Source: Tubiluchus corallicola
Lineage: Eukaryota; Animalia; Priapulida
Reading direction: 5' to 3'
DNA: 64,000 nucleotides
Assembly: GCA_030141605.1 (NCBI GenBank)
Contig: JAQGDQ010000155.1
Coordinates: forward strand, 1-64,000
Shown: positions 1-12,514 of the stretch, in pieces
How the letters are laid out: the number at the start of each line of letters is the position of its first letter
How positions within the stretch are numbered: position 1 is the first letter of the stretch
Program-made: the position numbers and the translations under genes
The notes under the pieces: generated by a model
Seen by the model: the letters and a program-made list of their open reading frames with translations, nothing else
Databases searched by the model: none
Told to the model about the DNA's origin: nothing

Positions 1-441
1 CACACCATATCTTGTGTGAAACTTTCTAGTACGGCATTTCTCTTCGAAAACATATAACTTCACAGAGACGAGTAAACGACCTGTCTCGTTCTGTGTCAAG
101 TTGCCGTCCATCTCTCAACCGTGTTAAACGAAGTTCATCGAGAAGCCACTCGCTTAAACAACTACAATTTTATTCACCTGTACACTATCGTTAACCTTGA
201 CTTAGCCACTGCATTACAGCCGCGATAGGGCAGACAAGAGTGGGTCCGACGGAATTCAAAAGGGGGTTTGTTAGTAGGTGCCTACATCCTAATAAAATAT
301 CAGTATTTAATAACACAATTAACTATCACTGCCAGTAGCTAAATATCATACATATCAGTTAACTGAACATACAGTATGAATAGGGCTTAATGTTGCATAA
401 GCATCATGTGAGAACTATTAAATGTAGGGCGGAACATGACA
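1..441 (-). repeat. 3' LTR (partial) of the Gmr1-like element
   Basis: Matches 7007-7447 except at positions 2, 46 and 247. Ends in tgaca next to the polypurine tract. Confidence 0.95.
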
Positions 442-455
442 GAGTCCCCCTCTCC
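442..455 (-). promoter_or_regulatory. Polypurine tract
   Basis: Minus strand GGAGAGGGGGACTC lies directly before the TGTCA start of the 3' LTR. Confidence 0.85.
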
Positions 456-662
456 AAAAAGTGTGTGATGGGCTAAAAAAGGACGTCACCACTTTAAATC
501 TATATGCAACATTAAAGTGAAAAGAAATTGTGATAACCTTTCTCTGGCAAAAAAATATATCAAAAAAAAAGTTCAATCCATATTACAGATCACTTTGCTT
601 TAAAGTTTCCAAGGTTCTCAAAAGGAAAACATGCTCTTCTATCTAAAAAGTGATAAAAGTAT

Positions 663-3600
663 TCACATCCTGCTAAGAGCATCAGCGCATTCATTTTTTA
701 CTCCAGGAATGTGCTCAAGTGTGAAAGTATACTCCTGAAGGAGCAAAATCCATCTAGCAATTCTCTTGTTTTTAACTTTCATGTTTTGTAAGGGGACAAG
801 TGATTTTGCATCCGTTTTGACCACAAATCTTCGACCAACTAGGTAAAAAGAAAGTTTTTCAACTGAATAGACAATTGCCAACAGCTCTTGTTCAATTGTT
901 GAATAATTCTTTTCAGCTCTAGAGAGCTTCCTACTAATGTAAGTTATTGGTAGCTCATTACCTTGTGTGTCAAATTGTGCGAGAGTAGCACCGATGCCTG
1001 TGTCACTTGCATCTGTAGTTACATAGAAAGTTTTCTCAAAATCAGGAGAATGAAGTATTGATTCCGTATTAATTGCATGACAAAGAGTAACAAATGACTG
1101 CTCACAGTCGTCATTCCAGACAATAGTATTTGGTTTACACTTTTCAGTTAGCGCAATAAGTGGAATAGCAATGTTTGAAAAGTTTTTAATGAATCTGCGA
1201 TAAAATCCTACAAAGCCTAAAAAACTGCGAACTTGTTTTTTAGTTTGTGGTCTTGCCATGTCTTTGAGTGCTTGTATTTTTGCAGGTTGTGGTCTGAGAA
1301 CATTACAGCCAACAATGTAGCCAAGAAATTCGATTTCTCGTTGTGCAAAAGCACATTTAAGTGGCTTTATAGTTAGGCCTGCGTGCATGATGCATGTTAA
1401 TACAAGTTCAATGTGGTAAAGATGGTCTTTCCATGTCTGACTTCTAATAGCTACATCATCAATATAACCAGATGCACAAGTGATTACTGGTTCCAGGACT
1501 CTGTCGACCAAACACTGTGCTGTTGCAGCACTGTTACACAGGCCAAATGGCATGACATTGAATTGAAACTTGCCGAAATCTGTTATGAAAGCAGATATTG
1601 GTCGAGATTCAAGTTCTAATGGGATTTGCCAATAACATTTTGTCATGTCCAAGGTGGTTATAAAATTGCGCACTATGCAATTGATCGATGGTTTCATCAA
1701 TTCTGGGAATGGGATAGGTGTCAAAAATAGTAATAGCATTGATTTTACGAAAATCTATGCAGAAACGAATCGTCTCATCTCCTTTGATGACAATAACTGC
1801 CGGACTGGAATATAGACTATCTGACTTCTCAATCACTCCAAGGTCTTTCATATTTTGCACTTCCAAACGCACTGCTTCTTTTTGCGCTTGTGGAATGCGG
1901 TAAGGTTTTTGAGAAATTGGTTTGTCAGAAGTAAGATTGATTTTGTGCTCAATTAGATTAGTTTTTCCAGGTATGTCGGAGAATACAATGGAGAATTTAT
2001 CTAAAAGCTCAGTTAATTCCTGTTGTTGTTGTTTAGACAGGTGAGTGGGTATTACCACATCTTTGACACTTTGTGTCGGTGTAACTAATGATGGAGGAAA
2101 ACAATGATCAGGCATATCAGTTTGTTGTTTCAAAGACAACCAAATATCTGCATTATTGTCCTCACCTAGTTCAGGCTGCTTATCAGAAAAGTTTTTAAGC
2201 TGTTCTTCTCTTGGCAGGATACTTTGTGCATAGAGAATTGTCTTTGCATCACGGGAAATATATTCCTTTAGATGATTGATGTGGAAGCATTGGGATTTCT
2301 TTCTTTTTTTCTGAATAGCTATCTCATATACATATTCAGATATCTTGCTCAACACCTCGTATGGACCTTGCCATGTTTTGGCCAACTTCTTCTGAGAAGA
2401 GGGAAGCAGAACTAGAACTTGCATGCCTGGTTCTAAAGACCTATGACGACTCTTTTGGTCATACCAGTCTTTTTGTGCAACTTTAGCTTGCAACAACTGG
2501 TCATGAGCTTCTTCAGTTACGTCTTCGAGGTGATCAATCATTTCGGCAACATAATCATCAAGTTCAACTAGGTTTGTAGACTTTTCTGAACCCCAGCGTT
2601 TTCTAAGGACTGCCATTGGTCCATTAATTTGATGGCCATGCACCAGTTCATATGGACTGTATTTCAGTGACTCTTGCGGTACCTCACGGTATGCAAAAAG
2701 AACAAAGCACAGAAGGTCATCCCATTGAGATGTTTTCTTAGCTAAGCACAGCTTTTTAATAGAAGCTTTTAGGCTGCCATTAAAACGTTCACAAAGACCT
2801 TGACTTTGGGGTCTATATGGGGTAGAAAAAACTCCTTGAATGTGCAGTGCTGTTTCCAGGTCGCGAATCAGTGACGATTTGAACTGAGTGCCCTGATCAG
2901 ATTGGATAATCGACGGGATTCCATATCTACACATAAATTGTAGCAGACATCTCGCTACAGTGGAAGCTTCTGCATTTGGCATAGCATACGCATCTGGATA
3001 GCGTGTAGCTTGGTCGATTATAACTAACACGTAGCGATTATTCCTTTTGGTCCTATTAAATGGGCCACAAATATCAATTTGAATACTGTCAAAAGCTTTC
3101 TCTATGACAGGTAGAGGTTTGAGTTTCATCCTGTCTCTTGTCATATTTCGAGCTGTTTTCTGACAAACTGGGCAGGATTGTACATATCGCTTTATCGAAT
3201 TATGAATTCCAGGCCAGGTATAATCAGATAAGATTCGTTGTCGAGTCTTTTTAATACCCAAGTGACTTGCCATCTCTGTATCATGTGCTAGCTGCAACAC
3301 CTCAAGTCTTCGAGACTTAGGAACTACCAACAATATCTTTATCTTGCCTCTCTTGTCTCTTAGAGCTCTGTGGAGAACACCAGCTTCCAGGTAGTATGCA
3401 TCACCCTTTTTCAGTGCTGTTTGCTTGCTAACAGCATTGTCTTGAAGATTCCTTAGGGTTACATCATCCTCCTGTTCCTGAATTAGCTGAGCTCTAGACA
3501 AGTGAAACAATGTGCCATTACGCTGAACACCTGTTTGCAAATGCTCATCAACAGATGAACAGGACTGTAAATTCAGATCTGCCTTAGCTCCATCATCCAC

Positions 3601-5538
3601 ACTCGCAGCAGAAGACTCTCGTTGAGAAGCTTGCTTTGCTGCTTGAGCTCTTGTGACAACCAATGATTGACAAGTATGATCAGCATTTACATCAGGAAAC
3701 TGCATCTTGGAATGTTTGTTCACTTCATAAGTGAGCTCATATGTGTTATCAAGAGGAATGTCATTCAACTGTTCCAACGATAAGGCACGCCCAAGACTCA
3801 CCTTAGAGTTACCTATTGCAAATTGGATTTCCTCTGCTTTAGAGAAAGGTTCCAATGCCTCTTTAAAGTCATTTCCAATGACTATATTCTTAGGCAAATT
3901 AGGAATTACTATAACAGTAAGCCATCCATTTCCTAATGGTGAGAAAATTGGTATTTTAGCCAATGAAAATTTTTTCGTTTCACCCCAACAGCATATGAGA
4001 TCAACAGTGTCTTCAGTGTATTGGTCTTTGGGTAAAAGAGTAGAGCGAACCATGGATGAATCAGCTCCAGTATCCCTAAGTGCATAACATCCAATGCCAT
4101 TCATTGTAATCCATATATAGTGATTACCGTCTCTGAGATAACTGACATTATTCTGATTTGAAGAATCGGAGTAAGACCTTGTTCTTCTCTGAACAACTCC
4201 AGACAACTGCTTCTTGAATGCAGAATTGAGTATGTCTTTTTTCTCAGACGGGGTTGATTTCTGAATGGACTTATTCCTACATTCATACTTGGAATGTCCT
4301 TTTTGCCCACATGAAAAACAATAAGCTTTTTTAGACTGTTGATAATTTGTGTCTTTGCGACCACTCATTTGATCAGCGATATCATGATCAATTTTTCCAT
4401 TGGCAATAGAGGAAACCTTTTTAAAGTTTCTTGTGCCCTTCCCCTTAAATGGTTTAATTGGTGCCACTTCTGTTGTAGAAGTCCAATAAATATCAGCACA
4501 ATCTGCCATTTCTAAGTAGGAAGTGAATTTTTGCCTTTTCAGATAGGCAACTAAATCGTCAGGCAAACTAGTATATGCTTGCTCTAGAAAGAAATGATCA
4601 CAGACGGCCTCTTTTGTTTTTGCGTCCACAGCATTTAACCATGCATTGCCAGCTTTGCGTACACGGCTGAAATAATTTCTGAAGGTTTCAGATTTATATT
4701 TGTGCGTATCGCGAAATGCTACACGATAGGCCTCTTTGGAAAGTTTATATGCGTCAAGTATTCGTAGTTTTACCGTATCATAATCAGTTATCTCATCTTC
4801 TGAAAGTTCATCTAGTGCTCTGTTTGCACGAGGTGTTACTACCCTGCTCAAATTTGCTACGTAGTCTTGCTTAGGGACTTTATTAACGCTCATGCAGCGT
4901 TCAAAATTGGAAAACAATTCCAAGATATCCATTTTAGAATCATCCCAAACTGGTAGCTTAATTTTCAGAGGTGACTGATTGTAATGTGGTGTACTTTGAT
5001 TCATATAACTGTTCATCCCCATTTGACTTTGTAAGCGCATTTGTTCTAATTTTATTTGCTCTGTTTGTAAAATTTTTTCTTGCAATTGCAATTCTATCTG
5101 CTTAGTTTGTGTTATTTGGAAATAATTATCAGGTGCTTGCATTTGTTGCACAGGTAACGCATCCTGAAACATATTAGGAATTTTTGGTGGCGGCGTTGTG
5201 TAAGGTTTAGATTTCACGCCTCCACCAAACTTTTGCACAGCATGTTGGACACTGGGAGTGGACGTAGTGATAGGGAGCTCGGCCGTAGCACCCTCGTCAT
5301 CACGTGCAATCTGCTGTGTCAGCTGCGTATCAGGGGGACTAACATTTTCTTCCTGAACTGTGCCTTCCTCAGGATTAACTATGTCAGATTCAACAAAATT
5401 CTGGAATGCTAGTATGCGAGTTATTAATTCTTGCTTGCTACCTGAGGTTGATAAACCAAATGCTTTTGCTGTTTCCAAAAGTTCAGCTTTTCTCATGGAA
5501 TCTAAAGCTTCTTTCGTCAAAACAATTTTGGATTCCAT
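663..5538 (-). CDS. Gag-Pol polyprotein (SAP-like, capsid/SCAN-like, CCHC, protease, integrase, RT, RNase H) with one frameshift at about 1662-1665
   Basis: CFSCGQKGHSKYEC knuckle; ALRDTGAD protease; HHCC plus IDICGP/SDQG/CERFN integrase; YIDD RT; TDASDTGIG...EQE...ADALSR RNase H. Removing one T from TTTT restores ...SAQF-ITTLDMTKCYWQ. Confidence 0.93.
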
Positions 5539-6225
5539 TATGTATTAATTGTTTCAGTGAATGTATGAACGTAAGGTTGCTAATTCACAAGAGTTATACT
5601 GTAGTAACTGTATAGGTAAGCAGAAAAAACGCTTAAAATAGACTAAGGCAAAATACGCACAAGTAATGCTATGGTAATTTATGCGCTAAGTTCAGACAGC
5701 GCTTTATAAGAAAGTCTGTTTGCACTGTGTATTTCAGGGATCTATAGCCAGAGAAAAATTTCCACGCAAATACTATGAAGCCAGTTACTATGTCAAATAC
5801 ACCGATGTACGGGCATTCACGCAATAACAACTTATTACCTTGAAAACACAAAACTTAACCGTAAATAGAAAATCATATGGTGACACACCAAACAGGTATT
5901 TTAGCATAAACAAGCATAGGGTTTTATCAGTCTAGTAAAAGTTGCAGATATTAGGCATTTATGATTTACGGTACAACACAGTATAAACTGATTAGTATTA
6001 CCAACATAATTATCAAATTTCCTGCAATGATAGACAGCTCTTCCCTAAAAATTGAATTGCTAAACTACTTTCGTTAGAAATTGAAACTCACAAAAACGAC
6101 GCAAATTACAATGTTCACATGTACTAAAATGAAAAAAAAACAATCACTACTACTGCTGTAAACTATGTCAAATTAATTATGACAAACCACTGCTACAACT
6201 GTTATACTGTGGCAATTACTTTAAA

Positions 6226-6238
6226 ACCGCTGTCACCA
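6226..6238 (-). promoter_or_regulatory. Primer-binding site, tRNA-Leu-like
   Basis: Minus strand TGGTGACAGCGGT, 1 nt after the LTR end. One mismatch to TGGTGGCAGCGGT, the complement of the tRNA-Leu 3' end. Confidence 0.75.
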
Positions 6239-6239
6239 T

Positions 6240-7447
6240 TGTGATGACCCTGATCCTGTATTTCCTATAGGGGAATCAAAGAGGGGCATGCTGCGTTAGT
6301 TTTACATCTCATAACAGAAGGGAGCTAGTATGATAGTCACTAAATGTATGGATGCAGATCGGCCTAAGGCTGATGTTAAAAATACGGGGGACTATGGCCT
6401 ATTTGCATTCTATACACTAATGGATCTGAAGAAAAAGAAAGATCAAATGGCAGACATTAAAATAATTAATCAAGCAATTTAATCATTAACAAATTCCAAA
6501 GTGATTCGATTTAAGCAAAAGTTCAGTAATAACAAAGATATAGCAATATTGACAAAGCTTGGGGTTAGTAGGGTATATACGTTTGCATAAAGTTCATGTC
6601 TGCCCACTATGTACCTAGGTTTTTTGGAGCACCTTTCCTTTATAAAGCGAACAGTTTGTAGAACGGTAGCAATACGTCGTAATATAACCTCTGTGTCTGA
6701 ATACAGTTGTGATTCCAAACTTCGTCAGAGAAACTACCAATTAGCCTTTACCCAGCAAGTAGCATCGAAGAACATTAGGCTAGTATACGTGATGTTTACG
6801 TTATCGGTGCGACGTTCGTTACGATCGTAACAAAAGCGAAAAGTACCTGTTACCACCCTGGATGTGGTTCTGTAGTAGGTCGATCCATTTGTCAGTCAGT
6901 GGTTAACTCCACTACTGCAGAGTGCAGGCCAGCATCTCTGGGACAACTCTGGTTGACGACCACGTGTTACACCAACTAGGCTCTCACAGTATCACCATGT
7001 ACATTACTCACCATATCTTGTGTGAAACTTTCTAGTACGGCATTTCTCTTCAAAAACATATAACTTCACAGAGACGAGTAAACGACCTGTCTCGTTCTGT
7101 GTCAAGTTGCCGTCCATCTCTCAACCGTGTTAAACGAAGTTCATCGAGAAGCCACTCGCTTAAACAACTACAATTTTATTCACCTGTACACTATCGTTAA
7201 CCTTGACTTAGCCACTGCATTACAGCCGCGATAGGGCAGACAAGAGTGGGTCAGACGGAATTCAAAAGGGGGTTTGTTAGTAGGTGCCTACATCCTAATA
7301 AAATATCAGTATTTAATAACACAATTAACTATCACTGCCAGTAGCTAAATATCATACATATCAGTTAACTGAACATACAGTATGAATAGGGCTTAATGTT
7401 GCATAAGCATCATGTGAGAACTATTAAATGTAGGGCGGAACATGACA
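6240..7447 (-). repeat. 5' LTR (1208 bp) of the Gmr1-like element
   Basis: Bounded by tgtgatg (6240) and catgaca (7447), an imperfect inverted repeat. Adjacent to the PBS; the distal 441 bp match 1-441. Confidence 0.88.
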
Positions 7448-8592
7448 CACCTGAATACAACCGTCCTAAAAATCTTGTTTTACCTGAACACGACCGTCCT
7501 AAAAATCTTGTTCACCTGAAAATGACCGTCCGAAAAGTCTTGTTTCCCCGAATACAACCATCCTGAAAATCTTGCTTCTCCTGAACATGACTGTCCTAAA
7601 AATCTTGTTTCACCTGAACACGACTGCACTAAAAATCTTGTTTCACCTGAACATGACTGTCCTAAAAATCTTGTTTCACCTGAGACCGTCCAAAAAATCT
7701 TTTTTCATCTGAATATGACCGTCCTAAAAATCTTGTTTCACCTAAACACGACCGTCCTAAAAATCTTGTTTCACCTGAACATGACTGTCCTAAAAATCTT
7801 GTTTCACCTGAACACGACCGTCCTAAAAATCTTGTTTCATTTGAATATGACCGTCCTAAAAATCTTGTTTCACCTGAACACGACCGTCCTAAAAATCTTG
7901 TTTCACCTGAACACGACTGTCCTAAAAATCTTGTTTCACCTGAACACGACTGTCCTAAAAATCTTGTTTCACCTGAATATGACTGTCCTAAAAGACTTGT
8001 TCCACCTGAATACAACCGTCCTACGAATCTCGTTTTTCCTGAACACGACAGCCCTAAAAATCTAGTTTCTCCTGAATACAACCATCCTGAAAATCTTGTT
8101 TCTTCTGAACATGACAGACCTAGAAATCTTGTTTCACCTGAAAATGACCGTCTGAAAAGTCTTTTTTCTCCTGAATACGACCATCCTAAAAATCTTATTT
8201 CACCTGAACATGACCGTCCTAAAAATCTTGTTTCACCTGAATATGCCATCCTAAAAATCTTGTTTCTCCTGAACACGACCGTCCTAAAAATCTTGTTTTA
8301 TCTGAATACGACCATCCTAAAAATCTTATTTCACCTGAATATGACCATCCTAAAAATCTTGTTTCTCCTGAACAGGACCGTCCTAAAAATCTCGTTTCAC
8401 CTGAATATGACCGTCCTAAAAATCTTGTTTCTCCTGAACACGACAGTCCTAAAAATCTGGTTTTCCTGAACATGACAGTCCTAAAAATCTTGTTTCACCT
8501 GAACATGACTGTCCTAAAAATCTTGTTTTTCTGAATACGACCATCCTAAAAATCTTTTCTCCTGAACACGACTGTCCTAAAAATCTTGTTTC
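7448..8592. repeat. 33-bp minisatellite, about 35 copies (cacctgaacacgaccgtcctaaaaatcttgttt)
   Basis: Tandem unit read directly; several units carry indels. Begins exactly at the LTR boundary. Confidence 0.95.
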
Positions 8593-8768
8593 TTATAAAA
8601 TGCTTCTACTTTAGTTACTGTTTGTTAGTAGCTTATTTATTTTTAAAGGAAGACAGGATGACTTTTCAAATACTACCACATTTAAAGAGCAGAATGTTTG
8701 ACCGACAGTTTAAGATTGGGTCCGACTTTCCTTTAACTACAAAATAATAACATTTATTCTATACTTAC

Positions 8769-9110
8769 GATTGCATTCATAGTGCACAACCGCATAAGGA
8801 TCTGATTCTCCAGAAACAGGAAAACAGCGTCCCATTGTTTCATAATTTGCAGTGATAACACATGAAGTCTTCTTATTACACAAATTCATGAAATTCTGCA
8901 ATTGCTTTTGAGGAATATCTGCCATTGGACAACTACTAAACTGCTTTATGCCAGCGTAACAATTTGAATCACGATTAAATCTTCCAAACACAATTCTGTT
9001 TATATTGTTTATTTGATCATCTGCTCCCCCTTGTGGACAGTCCAGTGTCACTGACGTGTTCATACATACTGTTACAGGAAGCTGAATTTGTATCTCTTTG
9101 TACTTTTCCG
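8769..9110 (-). CDS. Exon encoding a SUEL-type (galactose/rhamnose-binding) lectin-like domain
   Basis: tttattttag acceptor and GTAAGT donor; 342 nt, phase 1-1. Cysteine pattern CMNTSVTLDCP...FGR...C...C...LCNKKTSC...GRC...YAVVHYEC resembles SUEL domains. Confidence 0.72.
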
Positions 9111-10180
9111 CTAAAATAAAACATATCAGTTTTGATTTTCAAAAATGTGCAAAATGATACTAGAAGAACCTATTTAATAGAAAATGATGATATTCATGAT
9201 GATAATAAAACACCAGGCATGCCTTACTCATAACAGGTAACTTATAACAAATAAAAATTAGCTAATAATTAATGAAGAATCACAATTTTTCTAATAAGCA
9301 TAACATATACAGGAAAACAGAGAAGCAGCCTGAAGTAATGTACGAAAATTATAATTTTAACTTAATTGTAATTTTAATTTCTTAATTTATGCATGGTAAC
9401 TTAATTTATGCATGGAACAGGTGAAACACTGCTTTAGTTTTGAAACAACACTTTTCTTAGTTCAGTACCTTATCTTAAAAGACCATATCCTTGATTATAA
9501 GTTAGAGTACTTTACAATTAATGAATGCTGAATTTGGGTGAGCTGTGTATTGTATCTTACAAGAAAGTAAAAAAATACAGTAAATAGAATTCTCACTCAA
9601 CGATGCCCCATTTAGGAATCACCGTTTCGTAAAGCCCTGTTTAGCAATACAAAAATATTCTCTACTTAATTTTTCAATAATTTTAATGAAAAATATTTTG
9701 GTTTAATGATAAATTTTGGACGTTAACATGCACTAAAAATGTTTGTTAGGTGCATTAGGTGTAGTTCACTTCTGAAAGTGCTGCCTACAGTCCAAATTAC
9801 CAAGTGACATTTTTGTGTTCTTGGTAAGGTGCCAAACTGTGTAAACTTATACTCCTATTTCTAAGACATGTAGTTAAAATGATTTATTGATAAAACAATA
9901 AAACTAGCAGGCCTGAATTTACTACATAAAAGCAAAGAATGCCTGTTCTGATTGCATGTACGCAATTTAATAGTAGCCACAGTCAACACTTCAACGATTT
10001 CGTTTTATTTATGCTGCCAAAAAGTGATGACAGACCAGCACAAAACACAAAACAAAATCCATAGAACCACAGCTAATGTTAAAAACTAAACTTTAAACCC
10101 ATCTGTGCTGCTTCGAAAGACACTAATAAGTGAAACGCAAATATTAGTTTGAAGAAAATACAATTGAATTGGAAACTCAC

Positions 10181-10288
10181 CTACTGCAACGGGAAGTCGT
10201 GGTCTGTTATGCTTCAGTACAGCTGTGTAAATTGGCTGCAGCAAAAGCAATACAAGTCCAGCAATTATCGCCACAGCTACTTTAGGCT
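10181..10288 (-). CDS. Exon encoding a signal-peptide-like N-terminus of the lectin-like gene
   Basis: ttgcag acceptor and GTGAGT donor. PKVAVAIIAGLVLLLLQPIYTA is hydrophobic. Its phase-1 end splices in frame to 9110. The start-codon exon was not identified. Confidence 0.65.
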
Positions 10289-11439
10289 CTGCAATTATAT
10301 ACTGGCATTAAGAACATATAATTAGCCATTCATATAATACAATAACATAAAAAATAGTACAAAATTCTTGTTGTATTGTGACATTTAGATTAGTATCACA
10401 AAGCTAACTGCATTCTTGAAATTTCGTATGATTTTCACAACGACCAATCAATTTAAAAATAATGTGCAAAATGTGAAAATAATTACACACAGTAATTAAT
10501 GTGGGGAAAACAGCAGTGAATTATTTGAAATCCTATGTTTAGATACTTTGTCATCCCTTACAATATACACCAAATGATTGGGGCAAATGCATTCGATAAG
10601 AAAAATGCTTGGATATTTTAAGATTCTGTGTCAATGAGTGGAAGCGTAGCAGATATTACATTCTCTGACGTTAACTACCAGATTTCATGGAGCATATGCA
10701 AGTTTCTGCTGATTACAAAATTAAGCAGCCCAACCCAAATTCATGAATATGTCTAATGAAACAACAAACAATATATGTATCTACTAAAGGAGAGTTGTGG
10801 CTGCAACCAAAAAAAGTCCTGGACAAGGACTATAGGATTGTTATGTATGAAACTAGGTGCAGCAAGACAAAAACATATGCACAGTTCCACTTACAGTATA
10901 ACAGTGACAGTTTTATATAAAAATTGGGACAAGAATAAGTTTTGGCATGTAAGACTTATATAACTAGCAAAGGAAATAATTAATTAGATAAATGTTTTCA
11001 CTGGTTGGTATAATGTCGTTGAATCACCTCCAGGGTGCGCCACTCACTAACCAAAAAATATATTTCTAATCTTAATAACAAAATACAGTAAATTTACTTA
11101 GTAAGTGACATGTGTGCTACAAATGCTCTGATTATTTTTTCAAACTTTACTGAGTGTTAACTAAAATTGTTTCAAATGGTTTATTGTCAAAATGTCTGAG
11201 TCTAATGATCATCGCGGGAGTTCAAATTTACATGTTTTATATAGCGTTACTGTCGACACTAGCCCTGCATGAAAAAAGGTAGTACGTAAGTGGTATAAAA
11301 TTTCAAGACACATTTTCTTAAGCTTTATGTAAGTGGGGGTCTTGCATTTTAAGACTGTCCGATAGAAACTCACCATCACAGCAACGGTAACGTTAAATTA
11401 CTTAAGTTGTCTTAAAAAATACAGGTGCTGCCAGGCTTT

Positions 11440-12330
11440 CTTTAGTCAATAGAATGCATTACTTCTGATTTAAGCTCATGTGAAATTCTTGTTCTCAAGA
11501 ATCTGAAACCTTCAGTAATTTCTATGGATGTATTATTTATAAGTAAAAGTACTTTTCCATCAAGCTCTTCTAAAATTTGTGATAATTTATTTTGTTTTGA
11601 AACATTCAGCTTGTACCATTGTACTAAATTCTGAACTTCCAAAATATAATTACACTCGTTGTTATTGCAAAGAAGGCCAGCAAGAATGGTTTACAATTTT
11701 TCCATTATACTTATAGTATTTGAGGGAAGATACTTCAGAGTTAGTGAGGTAAATGTTAACAAAGTGCACAGCATTAGTGACACCTAGACAGAGCCTTGAG
11801 GAGTTCCTGTATTAAGAACTTTTGAAGCTGAGAAAATGATACTATTGACGTTACTTAGGCTTACTATCTGCCAGCATCGTGTCGAAGAATTCGAAGTATG
11901 AAGTTACATGGCCATTCAGGCAAGTTCCGTCATGTATTAGTTTACCACAAAGATTCACGGCCTAATACTAGCACTGAAAGCTGAAACGAAATCAACAAAA
12001 AATATTCTGGCATAACAGTTATGCTTATCAAGGGGTGTTACTGTTAATACATAATGAGCAAAAAGAGCTACAGCGTCACCTATGGAACAATTAGCACGAT
12101 ATGCAAATTGAAATGGGCCAAAAATCGTGAAACAGCAAACTTCAGGAACTGTAACAGTGCAAGACCAGACATTCTAGTGTTTTGCTCAATGCTTGTGTTA
12201 AGGCTACAGGTCTAGTCATTCAGCTTAGTACACATGCTTCTTATTGCACAGATAATGGTCGATTGCCTAAAGTGTCTAGGGGTTTTACGAAATGCTGGTA
12301 AGTTAATAAGCCTAAAGGCCAAAATGAATA
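11440..12330 (-). mobile_element. Degenerate Rex/Babar-type LINE reverse transcriptase fragment
   Basis: Frameshifted motifs LND.RPVALT..SKTLECLV, FQFAYRANCSIGDAV, YARIF.VDF.SAF, NTGTPQGSV, KLNVSK and IEITEGFRFL. Confidence 0.8.
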
Positions 12331-12514
12331 TTATAAACAAGCTGATAGAAATTGTACAAAAAACTCGTTCTCGTACCTTGCTCATTTACTAAACTCCACA
12401 TGTCATAATTTGAAACTGAAAATTTCAGCAGAAACTGAGAACGTGACAATCACAAGGCAAGCACGTGACGACAAGAATCAAATCACTAGGCAACGTAAGC
12501 CGCGTCAATATAGT

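Larger units (their letters stand above)
1..7447 (-). mobile_element. Gmr1-like Ty3/Gypsy LTR retrotransposon (gag-PR-IN-RT-RH order); 3' LTR runs off the window start
   Basis: Direct repeat 1-441 = 7007-7447 (3 substitutions seen). Minus-strand LTR termini TGTCATG...CATCACA. PBS at 6226-6238, PPT at 442-455. Integrase lies upstream of RT in the polyprotein. Confidence 0.95.

Noticed and set aside
1655-1675. Programmed ribosomal frameshift in the Gmr1-like pol
   Set aside because: It falls inside the RT domain rather than at a gag-pol boundary. A one-base homopolymer insertion or sequencing error explains it.
7448-8592. CRISPR array or repeat-protein gene (ORFs FLGRSCSGETR / TVLKILFHLN)
   Set aside because: Head-to-tail units with no unique spacers, no cas genes and a eukaryotic context. 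The ORFs arise from a stop-poor 33-bp unit and are broken by indels.
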